Shown piece by piece: positions 1 to 7,631 of a stretch of 14,879 nucleotides of DNA; the first letter of the stretch is position 1, and each line of letters begins with the position of its first letter. The notes under the pieces were generated by a model that did no database searches, was not told the DNA's origin, and saw only the letters and a list, made by a program, of their open reading frames with translations. Origin of the DNA: Pirellulales bacterium (GTDB lineage: Bacteria; Planctomycetota; Planctomycetia; Pirellulales; JALHPA01); contig JALHPA010000010.1 in assembly GCA_022842745.1 (NCBI GenBank), positions 1 through 14,879 on the forward strand, in the 5' to 3' direction. Position numbers and translations under genes: made by a program.

Positions 1-524
1 ACCTGGACGGTGTCGACGAGATCGACCTCGTTGCACACAGTCTCGGCAACCTGGTGATCCGGCATTATTTCGCCGACGCATCAGATCCCAGTACGGGGGG
101 AAGGCCCGACGAGCGGATCAAGCGAATCGTGATGATCGGCCCTCCCAACAACGGCGCTCGCATGGCCGAAATATTTGGCCGAAACGCCGTATTCGAAAGT
201 ATTGTCGGCGACAGTGGGAAGTCGCTGGCGAGCGGCTGGGCGGACCTCGAAAAGCGGCTGGCTACTCCCCCCTGCGAATTCGGAATCATCGCCGGAGGTC
301 GCGGAGACGGCAAGGGATACAACCCGCTTCTGCCTGGAGACGACGATTTGATCGTTGCGGTGGAAGAAACGAAGCTGCCTGGCGCGCGCGAGTCCATCGT
401 CCTTCCGGCAGTGCATGCGTTCATGCTCGACGATCCCGCGGTCCAAGCCGCGACGTTGCGATTTCTGCAGTCCGGAACATTCGCTGAACCTCCATCGAAT
501 CGGCCGCGTCCTGCGGGCAAATGA
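1..524 (+). CDS. alpha/beta-fold hydrolase (lipase/esterase-like), 5'-truncated at the window edge
   Basis: Frame 3 is open from base 3. Translation LDGVDEIDLVAHSLGNLVIRHYF... contains a G-x-S-x-G-type nucleophile elbow (AHSLGN). Stop TGA at 522-524. The ORF-track start at 54 is an internal GTG codon; the gene continues upstream of the window. Confidence 0.6.
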   Translation, partial: LDGVDEIDLVAHSLGNLVIRHYFADASDPSTGGRPDERIKRIVMIGPPNNGARMAEIFGRNAVFESIVGDSGKSLASGWADLEKRLATPPCEFGIIAGGRGDGKGYNPLLPGDDDLIVAVEETKLPGARESIVLPAVHAFMLDDPAVQAATLRFLQSGTFAEPPSNRPRPAGK

Positions 525-537
525 GGGACCATGCCTC

Positions 538-1008
538 ATGGCCGCAGAAGCGCCAAGACCTTTGGGCCGGTTAGCCGGGATTGACTTTGGCACCGTTCGG
601 ATTGGCATTGCCGTGACCGATCCCGAGCAACGGTTCGCCAGTCCGTACGCGAACTACACCCGCCGTGGAGAGCTTGCCGACTCGCGGTATTTCTGCCAGC
701 TCGCGGATGAGGAGCGGATCGTGCGTTTTGTCGTCGGATTACCGGTCCACCTGAGCGGCCGGGAGAGCGAGAAATCCCATGCCGCGCGCTCATTTGGATC
801 GTGGCTGGGCGCTCTGACGGGACGGCCGATTGAGTATTTTGACGAGCGCTTCACGACCTACGAGGCGGAGCAAGCGCTGCTTGGGTTTGAGCTAACCAAG
901 AAACAGCGCAAAGCGCGTCTCGACAAGCTGGCGGCCCAGATTATGCTTTCGGCGTACTTGCAAACCACCGCCGAAGGGCGCCGCGACATTCGATCTCTCG
1001 ACGATTGA
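538..1008 (+). CDS. ruvX: putative pre-16S rRNA nuclease / Holliday-junction resolvase-like protein YqgF (RuvX)
   Basis: MAAEAPRPLGRLAGIDFGTVRIGIAVTD matches the N-terminal RuvX motif (hGhDhG-x-K/R-hGhAhsD). The 156-aa size is typical. GAGGGA at 523-528 lies upstream of ATG 538. The longer track ORF from 355 would overlap the upstream gene by 170 nt and was not used. Gap to the upstream gene is 13 nt, so an operon is likely. Confidence 0.7.
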   Translation: MAAEAPRPLGRLAGIDFGTVRIGIAVTDPEQRFASPYANYTRRGELADSRYFCQLADEERIVRFVVGLPVHLSGRESEKSHAARSFGSWLGALTGRPIEYFDERFTTYEAEQALLGFELTKKQRKARLDKLAAQIMLSAYLQTTAEGRRDIRSLDD

Positions 1009-1227
1009 TGCCAAAACAGCACATTGAGCCCCTGGTCGCCTGGCGCCGCCAAAGTTTGATATATTGGGTGTCGAACGATCCAAACCGCGCGGTCATTGCA
1101 ACGCTTGCGTGCGATGCTTCAAATATGGCGAAAGTGTGAACGAATAGAGTCCGGCCGCGGCGCCGCCGCTGGATCCCCCAGTCCGTGACGGTTCTCGGTC
1201 GAAATCTTAATCCGCGAGGTTGAACCC

Positions 1228-1740
1228 GTGCCTGAACCGCGACAACACGCCGAAAATCGCAACGCCTTCGAACGGCTTTTGAAGAAAATCCCCGGCTTCC
1301 GCGGATATCTGGAAAAGGAAAATCGCCGCGAAAGCGATGCCTTGCAGCGCGAGTGGCTGGCGGATCGGTTGCAGCGGGCCAAGCGCGGTCTGGATGCGGC
1401 TACGCGGGATTTGGCCGATGCAGGCAAGATCGACGTTTTGCCTCAATTCGACCGGATCCGCGCACGCGTGGACAAGTCCATTGGGCGCACCCGGGGCGCC
1501 ATGCAAGGTTACAGCGGGATTTTCGACTTGGTCCGCGTGGATGAAAAACTCCTGGACCGGGTCTACGAGCATGATGTCGCGATGATGGCCCACGTGGAAA
1601 CGCTTGCCGATTCCGTCGAAAAACTACCTGCCCAGGTGAATGCCGGCGCAGCTGAGGCGCTTGCGGCGCTCGTTGCCCAGTTGGACGAAGTCGAAAGAGC
1701 GCTCGATCGTCGAGAGGATCTACTTAAGGGACTGGAGTGA
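1228..1740 (+). CDS. hypothetical coiled-coil protein (170 aa), no recognisable family
   Basis: GTG start at 1228 with GAGGT at 1216-1220 seven nt upstream. Composition is Arg/Glu/Leu/Ala-rich and helical (LDEVERALDRREDLLKGLE). Stops at TGA 1738-1740, 69 nt before the SPFH gene. The antisense ORF 1207-1593 looks less protein-like. Confidence 0.5.
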   Translation: MPEPRQHAENRNAFERLLKKIPGFRGYLEKENRRESDALQREWLADRLQRAKRGLDAATRDLADAGKIDVLPQFDRIRARVDKSIGRTRGAMQGYSGIFDLVRVDEKLLDRVYEHDVAMMAHVETLADSVEKLPAQVNAGAAEALAALVAQLDEVERALDRREDLLKGLE

Positions 1741-1809
1741 GGCTGCCGCCCGTCCTGCTGTCGAGATTTTGTCCTGTCTAATCTGTTTCATTTTAGTTGA
1801 AAACGCGCC

Positions 1810-3153
1810 ATGGGTATCCGTCTGGAAGTCATCCAATTCTTCGACGAATCCAACACCGCCTTGGTCCATCGCACGCCGCCGGAAGGTTCGGCCGATATCA
1901 AGCTTGGTGCGCAATTGATCGTCGCGCAAAATCAGGAAGCCGTTTTCTTCCGCGACGGCAAGGCCATGGACTCGTTTGGCCCTGGGCGACACACGCTGAC
2001 GACCGCCAACGTACCGATCATCACCCGAATTCTCACGATTCCTTGGGAAAAATCGCCGTTTCAGGCCTCGGTCTATTTCATCGGCAAACAGACTTTCCTC
2101 GATCAAAAATGGGGCACCCGTCAGCCGATCACCGTCCGCGATAAAGAGTTTGGAGTGGTCCGGCTCCGCTCGTTCGGCAAATACTCGTTCCGAGTTGTGG
2201 ATAGCGCCCTGTTGATCAACACGCTCGTCGGCACCCAAGGCAAATACTCAACCGAGGAGATCTCCAGCTTTCAAAAAGACCTGATCGTGTCGCGGCTCAC
2301 CGACCTGTTTGGCACGATGGGAGTCGCGCTACTTGACCTCCCCTCGCGTTTCGATGAGATCAGTTCCGGAGTGCGGGCAAAAGTCGCGGAAGACTTCGCC
2401 AAATACGGCCTGGAGTTGGTCGATCTGTTCATCAACGCGATTACCCCGCCGGAAGAAGTCCAGAAGGCGATCGACGCGCGCAGCTCGATGGGAGTCGTCG
2501 GCGACCTGAACGCTTATATGAAGTACCAAGCGGCGCAAAGCATGTCCAAGATGTCCGAACAGCCTGGCGGCGATGGCGGCGCAATGGGAATGGGCATGGG
2601 CGCCGGATTTGGAATGATGCTCCCTGGAATGCTGCGCGAGGCGATGGCCGCCGGAGGGACAGCGGCTGCTACTGGTCCCCGACCGCCGGCGATGGCCGGC
2701 GCCTCGGCCAACAGCGGATTGGATTTCAGCAGCCTGTCGCCAGTCTCCGTGGATCCCAAGCAACTGGTGCGACAAGTCGCGCAATCGGCCGGGTACGCGA
2801 TCGCGGAACACGGGGACACTTGGCAGATCACCGTGCCTATCGGCAGCTTGCGCAAGCAGGTCGTCACTGTCCGCTTCGATCAAAAGCTGAACGAATCGCA
2901 ACCGATGGTCAGCTATCAATCCTCTTGTGGCCCGGCGTCGGACAAGAATTCCATGTCCCTGCTGCGATTCAACGCCAAGATGGTGCATGGGGCCTTTGCC
3001 GTCGAGAAAGTTGGCGAATTGGACATGATCGTCGTGCAGTCCAATCAGCTTGTTGACACGCTCAGCCCCTTCAGCGTGTCCCAGGTGCTTTCTGCGGTTG
3101 CCTGGCAGGCCGACCAGGCGGAAGAGAAACTGCTCCAAAGCGACAACTTCTAG
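1810..3153 (+). CDS. SPFH/Band-7 family protein (Band_7_1-like, YdjI-type) with Gly/Met-rich linker and YbjN-like C-terminal domain
   Basis: N-terminal 250 aa ([13 protein letters not shown]...[15 protein letters not shown]...[32 protein letters not shown]...MKYQAAQS) match the conserved Band_7_1 SPFH pattern (FGPGxYTLTTxNLP, DQKWGTPxPIxIRDxEFG). It is followed by a low-complexity [22 protein letters not shown] linker. The C-terminal 140 aa ([20 protein letters not shown]...[35 protein letters not shown]) align by eye to E. coli YbjN. Confidence 0.8.
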   Translation: MGIRLEVIQFFDESNTALVHRTPPEGSADIKLGAQLIVAQNQEAVFFRDGKAMDSFGPGRHTLTTANVPIITRILTIPWEKSPFQASVYFIGKQTFLDQKWGTRQPITVRDKEFGVVRLRSFGKYSFRVVDSALLINTLVGTQGKYSTEEISSFQKDLIVSRLTDLFGTMGVALLDLPSRFDEISSGVRAKVAEDFAKYGLELVDLFINAITPPEEVQKAIDARSSMGVVGDLNAYMKYQAAQSMSKMSEQPGGDGGAMGMGMGAGFGMMLPGMLREAMAAGGTAAATGPRPPAMAGASANSGLDFSSLSPVSVDPKQLVRQVAQSAGYAIAEHGDTWQITVPIGSLRKQVVTVRFDQKLNESQPMVSYQSSCGPASDKNSMSLLRFNAKMVHGAFAVEKVGELDMIVVQSNQLVDTLSPFSVSQVLSAVAWQADQAEEKLLQSDNF

Positions 3154-3339
3154 CCGGTGCGCCCGTCGGCCCGGACCAGCCGTCTGATTTCAGTCGAGTC
3201 AACGCTGGACGCCTCTCGCGGCAGCTCAGATCTGCCTTCTCTCTGCGGTTAGCCGCGATCGGCGATTCTTCGTCTGGTCCGATCCGGACGTGTGCTTTCA
3301 ACTCAGTTCCGCAGCTCGCAACGTGCTGCTTTACAACAA

Positions 3340-3470
3340 CTTGCGACTCTTTTCAATGAACGCACACAAATCAACTCATTTTACCTATATTATCCAGACT
3401 GTTGATTTTTGCTGTTCTGCAATTACCATCGATTTTGTGGTCTATTTCCGAACATCAGAAGAGCACCCCG
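3340..3470 (+). promoter_or_regulatory. AT-rich (roughly 37% GC) putative promoter region upstream of the PEP-CTERM gene
   Basis: Sharp GC drop relative to the roughly 63% window average. Contains TATATT/TATTAT at 3386-3393 and TTGATT at 3402-3407. No confident -35/-10 pair could be assigned. Confidence 0.3.
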
Positions 3471-3482
3471 GGGAAACACATC

Positions 3483-3989
3483 ATGAAATTCCGTTTGGCC
3501 ATGGCGACCTGCGTCGCCCTCGTTTTTGCTTCGGTATCCCAGGCAGCGGTTTTTGTCGGCAGCTATGCCGTATTCGACGGTCCTTCCTGGCCCACCAATC
3601 CGCCGGTCTATTCCGGGCGTGAGGCGGCCGCCCTTATTTTCGGTGGCCTGTTCACCGACTACGCAATTTCCATCGATCCCTCCATGGACCCCAACACCAT
3701 CACCAACACCGCCTGGTACGATGGCTGGGGCGAGCACCAAGGCATGATCTTCCACGAAGATTACAAGCTCGACGTCGGCAATCCCGGCTACAACGATCCC
3801 CAGGGACTCAACACCGCTCGTTCCGCTTACGTACAGGATGGGTTGTTCGATACCCAGGCTTTCCGCAACTACGTATGGCGTGTGGACCGCGAGCCAGGAC
3901 GGGTGCCCGAGCCGGCCTCGATTGCTGTTTGGTCGATTTTGGCGGCCGGAGCAGCCTGCGTCGCCTACCGTCGCCGCAAATCCGCTTAG
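3483..3989 (+). CDS. PEP-CTERM sorting-domain secreted protein (exosortase substrate), 168 aa
   Basis: N-terminal signal peptide MKFRLAMATCVALVFASVSQA. C-terminal VPEP-ASIAVWSILAAGAACVAY-RRRKSA is the PEP motif, then a hydrophobic helix, then a basic tail. GGGGA at 3469-3473 sits 9 nt upstream of the ATG. The TTG-initiated track ORF from 3402 was rejected. Confidence 0.75.
   Translation: MKFRLAMATCVALVFASVSQAAVFVGSYAVFDGPSWPTNPPVYSGREAAALIFGGLFTDYAISIDPSMDPNTITNTAWYDGWGEHQGMIFHEDYKLDVGNPGYNDPQGLNTARSAYVQDGLFDTQAFRNYVWRVDREPGRVPEPASIAVWSILAAGAACVAYRRRKSA
3903..3986 (+). other. PEP-CTERM sorting signal (VPEP + TM helix + RRRK)
   Basis: Read directly from the translation of 3903-3986. Confidence 0.7.
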
Positions 3990-4037
3990 CCTGTCCCGAC
4001 TTTGCGACAGCTAGCGATCGAATCTCACCATGCAAGC

Positions 4038-4080
4038 CGCAACGGCTTGGCGCGCTGCCAAGCCGTTGCGATTTCGTCTT
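4038..4080 (+). terminator. putative intrinsic terminator after the PEP-CTERM gene
   Basis: Perfect 13-bp stem CGCAACGGCTTGG (4038-4050) / CCAAGCCGTTGCG (4058-4070) with 7-nt loop cgcgctg, followed by ATTTCGTCTT, a moderately T-rich tract. It lies 49 nt after stop 3989. Confidence 0.45.
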
Positions 4081-4201
4081 GTGACTTGGATTGGAAGCCG
4101 CAGCGATTGCGTGCCGACCGCTTGCCTGGCCGAGGTCGCGGCGATACCGTTAACAATCGGTATTCCGCGTTCGCTTGGGCCATTTGCGCGCTGCTGTGAA
4201 C

Positions 4202-7060
4202 ATGCGTCGTAGCCGTGGACCGCTAACGCTTGGTTGGTCGGTTGCCGTTCTTGGGCTGACATGCGGCCTGTGCCAACTGGAAGCTTGGGCCGCAGATCCG
4301 TTAGCCGAGGCGCGGCGGCTGTTTTTGACCGGCAAGTACGCAGAAGCGTCCGCGGCATACGAGCAGATGACTGGCTCTCATCCGCTTGAATCGGCGCTGG
4401 GCGCAGCCGACTGCCAGGCTGCCCAAGGCCAATGGGAAGACGCGATCCAACGGCTAAATCAGTCTCAGGAGAGGTCGGAGTCACTTCGCAGCTCTCCGCA
4501 ACTAGCCGCTCGCCGCGCGTCGTATGCCCTCGCTTCCGGTGACCGGGAGCAAGCGCGCAAAGATGCAGATCATGCATTGTTACTCGATGCGGACCAGTTA
4601 GAAGCCCGCTGGGTTCGAGCGGAATTGCTGCGACTGAGGGGAGAAATGTCTCGCGCGAATCAAGAGTGCAAATGGTTCGTTGACACCTTCAACCACCGTA
4701 GCGACCTGAAAGACTCGGAGGGCCTGCGATTCATTGGCCAGGCGGCATCCCATTATGCCCGCTGGAATGGACTTTCCGACCAGTTTCATTTTCTTGTCAA
4801 CGACTTCTATCCGGGCATCGTCAAACAGGATCCCGATTATTGGCCGGCCCATTTCGAAGCCGGGCGGTTGTATCTGGAGAAATTCAACCAGTCCGAGGCG
4901 GATCGGTCGTTAAGGGCCGCCTTGGCGATCAATCCGAACGCGGGCTGCGTGCATGCCGCGTTGGCCGAATTGGCGCTACAAAACTTCGACCTGCCGCTGG
5001 CACAGCGGCGCCTCGACCGCGCCTTGCAAATCGCCCCGGCCGATGTCTCCTCGCTTCAATTACAGGCTGATCTTTGTCTGGTCCAAAGCGATATCCCCAA
5101 GGCAATGGAGTGGCTTGAGCTAGCACGGAAGCGAGACCCTCGATCGGAACCGACGCTCGGGCGGTTGGCTGCGTGTTTTTTGGCGCTCGACGGGGACGCG
5201 AAAAGCGACACTTCCCCTCAGCGATTGGCGCAACTGACCGCGGAGGTGCTCGAACGGAATCCTCAGAGTGGGGAGTTTTTCGCGGCGCTGGGAGACGCTC
5301 TGGACCTGCTGCGGAAGTATCCTCAAGCGGCGGGCTATTATCGCCGCGCTATCGAATGTCTGCCTCAGCTTGCCGCGACTCAGGGAAAATTGGGTCTGAC
5401 GCTCATGCGGCTGGGGGACGAGGAGACCGCCAGTCAGGCACTGCGCGCGTCCTTCGCCGGCGATCCGTTCAACGTCCGAGTGAGCAACACTTTGGATGTG
5501 TTGCAAGTGCTGTCCAACTATGCAAGTTTGGAAACCCCGCATTTTCGGCTGCGATTCGATCGTGCCCAGGATGAAACACTGGCCCGACTGGCGGCGGCAT
5601 ATCTCGAACAAGAGGTCTACCCGGAGGTTTGCCGAGAACTGGGGTACGAGCCGCGCGAGAAAACGCTGATTGAGATTTTTTCCCGCGCCCGCAACACCAG
5701 TGGACATGGCTGGTTCAGCGCGCGCATGGTCGGTTTGCCGCATGTGGGCACCGTCGGCGCTTGCGCCGGCAAGATCGTGGCCATGCAATCCCCCAACGAT
5801 TCCCCCCGTCCATTCAATTGGGCCCGCGTGCTCAGGCACGAATTTGTTCACGTCGTCAATCTGCAGCAAACCGATTTTAACATTCCACATTGGTTCACCG
5901 AGGCTCTGGCGGTTCGTTTAGAACGACTCCCAAGGCCGAAAATGTGGGATGAATTGTTGGTCGAACGGTCGGCCAATCGCAGCCTCTTCGACTTGAAGTC
6001 GATCAATAGCGGCTTTGCCAGACCCAAAAGCGGTATGGACTGGAATTTGGCCTATTGTCAGGCTGAGTTGTACGCCGAATACGTCGCGATCCGATTTGGA
6101 GAGGACAAACTGAGGGCCTTGCTGGCCGCTTTCGCGGAAAGGCTCTCCGTTGGTCAAGCGATCGAGCAGGTATTCAAGGTCGATGTGGCCGAGTTTGAAC
6201 GCGGCTACCGTGAATACGTCTCAACGGTGGTCGACTCGCTGCCGGCTCCGTCCAAGCAAGTATCTTTGGCCAGCTTGGAAGCGGATTCCTCGCGCCGGCC
6301 GGATGACTCAGACACTTTGGCTAAGTTCGCGATCGCGCTGCTGCGGTTGGAGCGCTGGGATCGCGCGGAGCAAATGGCCCTCCGAGCCGAGTCGGTATCC
6401 CCACGGCATCCGCTTGCCCGGGTCGTTCAGGCCCGTCTTGCGCTGCGGGCTGGAAAAATGGACAAGGCGGTTTCGTTGCTCGAACAATCGCTCTCCCGCG
6501 ACAAACCTCTAGCCGAGCATTTGGCCCTGCTGGCGGGACTACAACTGAAGGCCAAAAACTATGCGGAAGCGATGGCCCTCTATGAACTGGGTGCGGAGCA
6601 TTTCCCGCACGATCCGTCCTGGAACCAGTCGTTGGCACGCACCTACCTATTGAGCGGGGAAGAGGTCAAGCTGTCTGCTGTATTGAGTCAACTCGCCGCA
6701 ATCGATGGGGATGATCTCGCGGTACGGCGAAAGTTAGCGCAGATTGCCGGCCGGCGGCAGGACTACGCCGAATCCATCCGCTGGGCCACCGAGTCGCTGC
6801 GAATCGATCCACGGGACGCGGAAATGCACCGCTTGGCGGCTGTCGCTCACTTCGCTCGCCAGGAATTCACTCCGGCCATCTCCGCCTGGCAGTACGCCAA
6901 ATTGCTCGACGACAAGGACCCAGACGTACGGAGGGAATTGGCTCGGACTCTGATGGCAGCGGGGGAAAATACCAGGGCCGCCGCCGAATTAAAGGATTTG
7001 TTGCGACTCGAGCCGACGCACGCTCGCGCGCGAGAATCGCTCAAAACACTGAAACCATGA
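4202..7060 (+). CDS. secreted TPR-repeat protein with embedded gluzincin-like (peptidase MA-type) HExxH domain
   Basis: ATG 4202 gives the signal peptide MRRSRGPLTLGWSVAVLGLTCGLCQLEAWA|ADP. The track start at 4175 is TTG. The protein has TPR-like helical repeats throughout. HEFVH at 5837-5851 followed by FTEALA gives HExxH-x16-E zincin spacing. Large size: 953 aa from ATG 4202. Confidence 0.8.
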   Translation: MRRSRGPLTLGWSVAVLGLTCGLCQLEAWAADPLAEARRLFLTGKYAEASAAYEQMTGSHPLESALGAADCQAAQGQWEDAIQRLNQSQERSESLRSSPQLAARRASYALASGDREQARKDADHALLLDADQLEARWVRAELLRLRGEMSRANQECKWFVDTFNHRSDLKDSEGLRFIGQAASHYARWNGLSDQFHFLVNDFYPGIVKQDPDYWPAHFEAGRLYLEKFNQSEADRSLRAALAINPNAGCVHAALAELALQNFDLPLAQRRLDRALQIAPADVSSLQLQADLCLVQSDIPKAMEWLELARKRDPRSEPTLGRLAACFLALDGDAKSDTSPQRLAQLTAEVLERNPQSGEFFAALGDALDLLRKYPQAAGYYRRAIECLPQLAATQGKLGLTLMRLGDEETASQALRASFAGDPFNVRVSNTLDVLQVLSNYASLETPHFRLRFDRAQDETLARLAAAYLEQEVYPEVCRELGYEPREKTLIEIFSRARNTSGHGWFSARMVGLPHVGTVGACAGKIVAMQSPNDSPRPFNWARVLRHEFVHVVNLQQTDFNIPHWFTEALAVRLERLPRPKMWDELLVERSANRSLFDLKSINSGFARPKSGMDWNLAYCQAELYAEYVAIRFGEDKLRALLAAFAERLSVGQAIEQVFKVDVAEFERGYREYVSTVVDSLPAPSKQVSLASLEADSSRRPDDSDTLAKFAIALLRLERWDRAEQMALRAESVSPRHPLARVVQARLALRAGKMDKAVSLLEQSLSRDKPLAEHLALLAGLQLKAKNYAEAMALYELGAEHFPHDPSWNQSLARTYLLSGEEVKLSAVLSQLAAIDGDDLAVRRKLAQIAGRRQDYAESIRWATESLRIDPRDAEMHRLAAVAHFARQEFTPAISAWQYAKLLDDKDPDVRRELARTLMAAGENTRAAAELKDLLRLEPTHARARESLKTLKP
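5837..5851 (+). other. HEFVH zinc-binding motif (HExxH) with downstream Glu ligand candidate
   Basis: Codons cac gaa ttt gtt cac are in frame with the 4202 ORF. Glu of TEALA lies 17 residues after the second His. Confidence 0.6.
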
Positions 7061-7080
7061 CCCCCTAGGGCTCAACCACA

Positions 7081-7434
7081 ATGGTCCCACTGGCTGACGG
7101 CGCCACACACTCCAACGATTCCGATCCCCGGCCGATTCCCATCAGCGGCTTTCAGGAACTGATCCGTCGTATGTATTTGGAAAAGGACCTTGCTCGGGGC
7201 GTCGATGGCACTTTTATGTGGTTCATGGAGGAGGTCGGAGAACTGGCATCGGCGCTTCGCAATGGCAGCCAGGAGGAGCGTCTGGGAGAGTTCGCCGATG
7301 TATTGGCCTGGCTCACCACGATGGCCAACGTTGTCGGAATCGACCTCACGGAGGCCGTCGCGCGCAAATATGGTTCAGGTTGCCCCGGCTGCAACCAGTT
7401 TGTGTGCGTGTGCGCCGACCAGGAGAAACCGTAG
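7081..7434 (+). CDS. MazG-like nucleotide pyrophosphohydrolase (YpjD-type small NTP-PPase) with Cys-rich C-terminal tail
   Basis: MEEVGELASA and EFADVLAWL match the paired EExxE/ExxD MazG motifs. The C-terminus is GSGCPGCNQFVCVCADQEKP. The gene lies 21 nt after the TPR gene stop. The N-terminal 30 aa are uncertain; an alternative start is Met31 at 7171. Confidence 0.65.
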   Translation: MVPLADGATHSNDSDPRPIPISGFQELIRRMYLEKDLARGVDGTFMWFMEEVGELASALRNGSQEERLGEFADVLAWLTTMANVVGIDLTEAVARKYGSGCPGCNQFVCVCADQEKP

Positions 7435-7631
7435 GACCTCCCAGTCGAACTCCCAAGAGGCCGGCGGGCTTGTGGCTTCAGGCCGGAAGTGGCCGAATCG
7501 AAAGGACAGGGCCGGCGCGGGCCCGCCCTTCTCTCCGGCCGCTCGTCTGTCATACTAAAGTAGTACGATTCGCTCTAGCCGCCCTTTTCAGATCGCTCGG
7601 CGCTCTGGCCAGGGATTCTTGATCGCACTGG

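Noticed and set aside
355-1008. The long 217-aa form of the ruvX ORF starting at ATG 355
   Set aside because: Its first 61 codons overlap the hydrolase gene in another frame and encode Arg/Ser/Cys-rich low-complexity sequence. RuvX homology and an SD-like GAGGGA support the start at 538.
2329-3138. 269-aa minus-strand ORF antisense to the SPFH gene, and the 172-aa ORF at 1720-2238
   Set aside because: They overlap a strongly homology-supported + strand gene. Their translations are His/Arg/Gly-rich and have no recognisable fold signature.
3402-3482. TTG-initiated 27-codon N-terminal extension of the PEP-CTERM ORF
   Set aside because: It lies within the AT-rich promoter-like island. The ATG at 3483 yields a proper signal peptide and has a GGGGA SD-like element upstream.
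4002-4212. 65-aa and 60-aa + strand ORFs between the PEP-CTERM and TPR genes
   Set aside because: They span the terminator hairpin and overlap the TPR gene start. There is no coding signal, so this is more likely a leader/terminator region.
5120-5890. 256-aa minus-strand ORF and other antisense ORFs (4011-4577, 5918-6157, 6321-6638) inside the TPR gene
   Set aside because: They are stop-poor antisense frames typical of high-GC coding DNA, with no start context or homology. The + strand protein has a signal peptide, TPR repeats and an HExxH motif.
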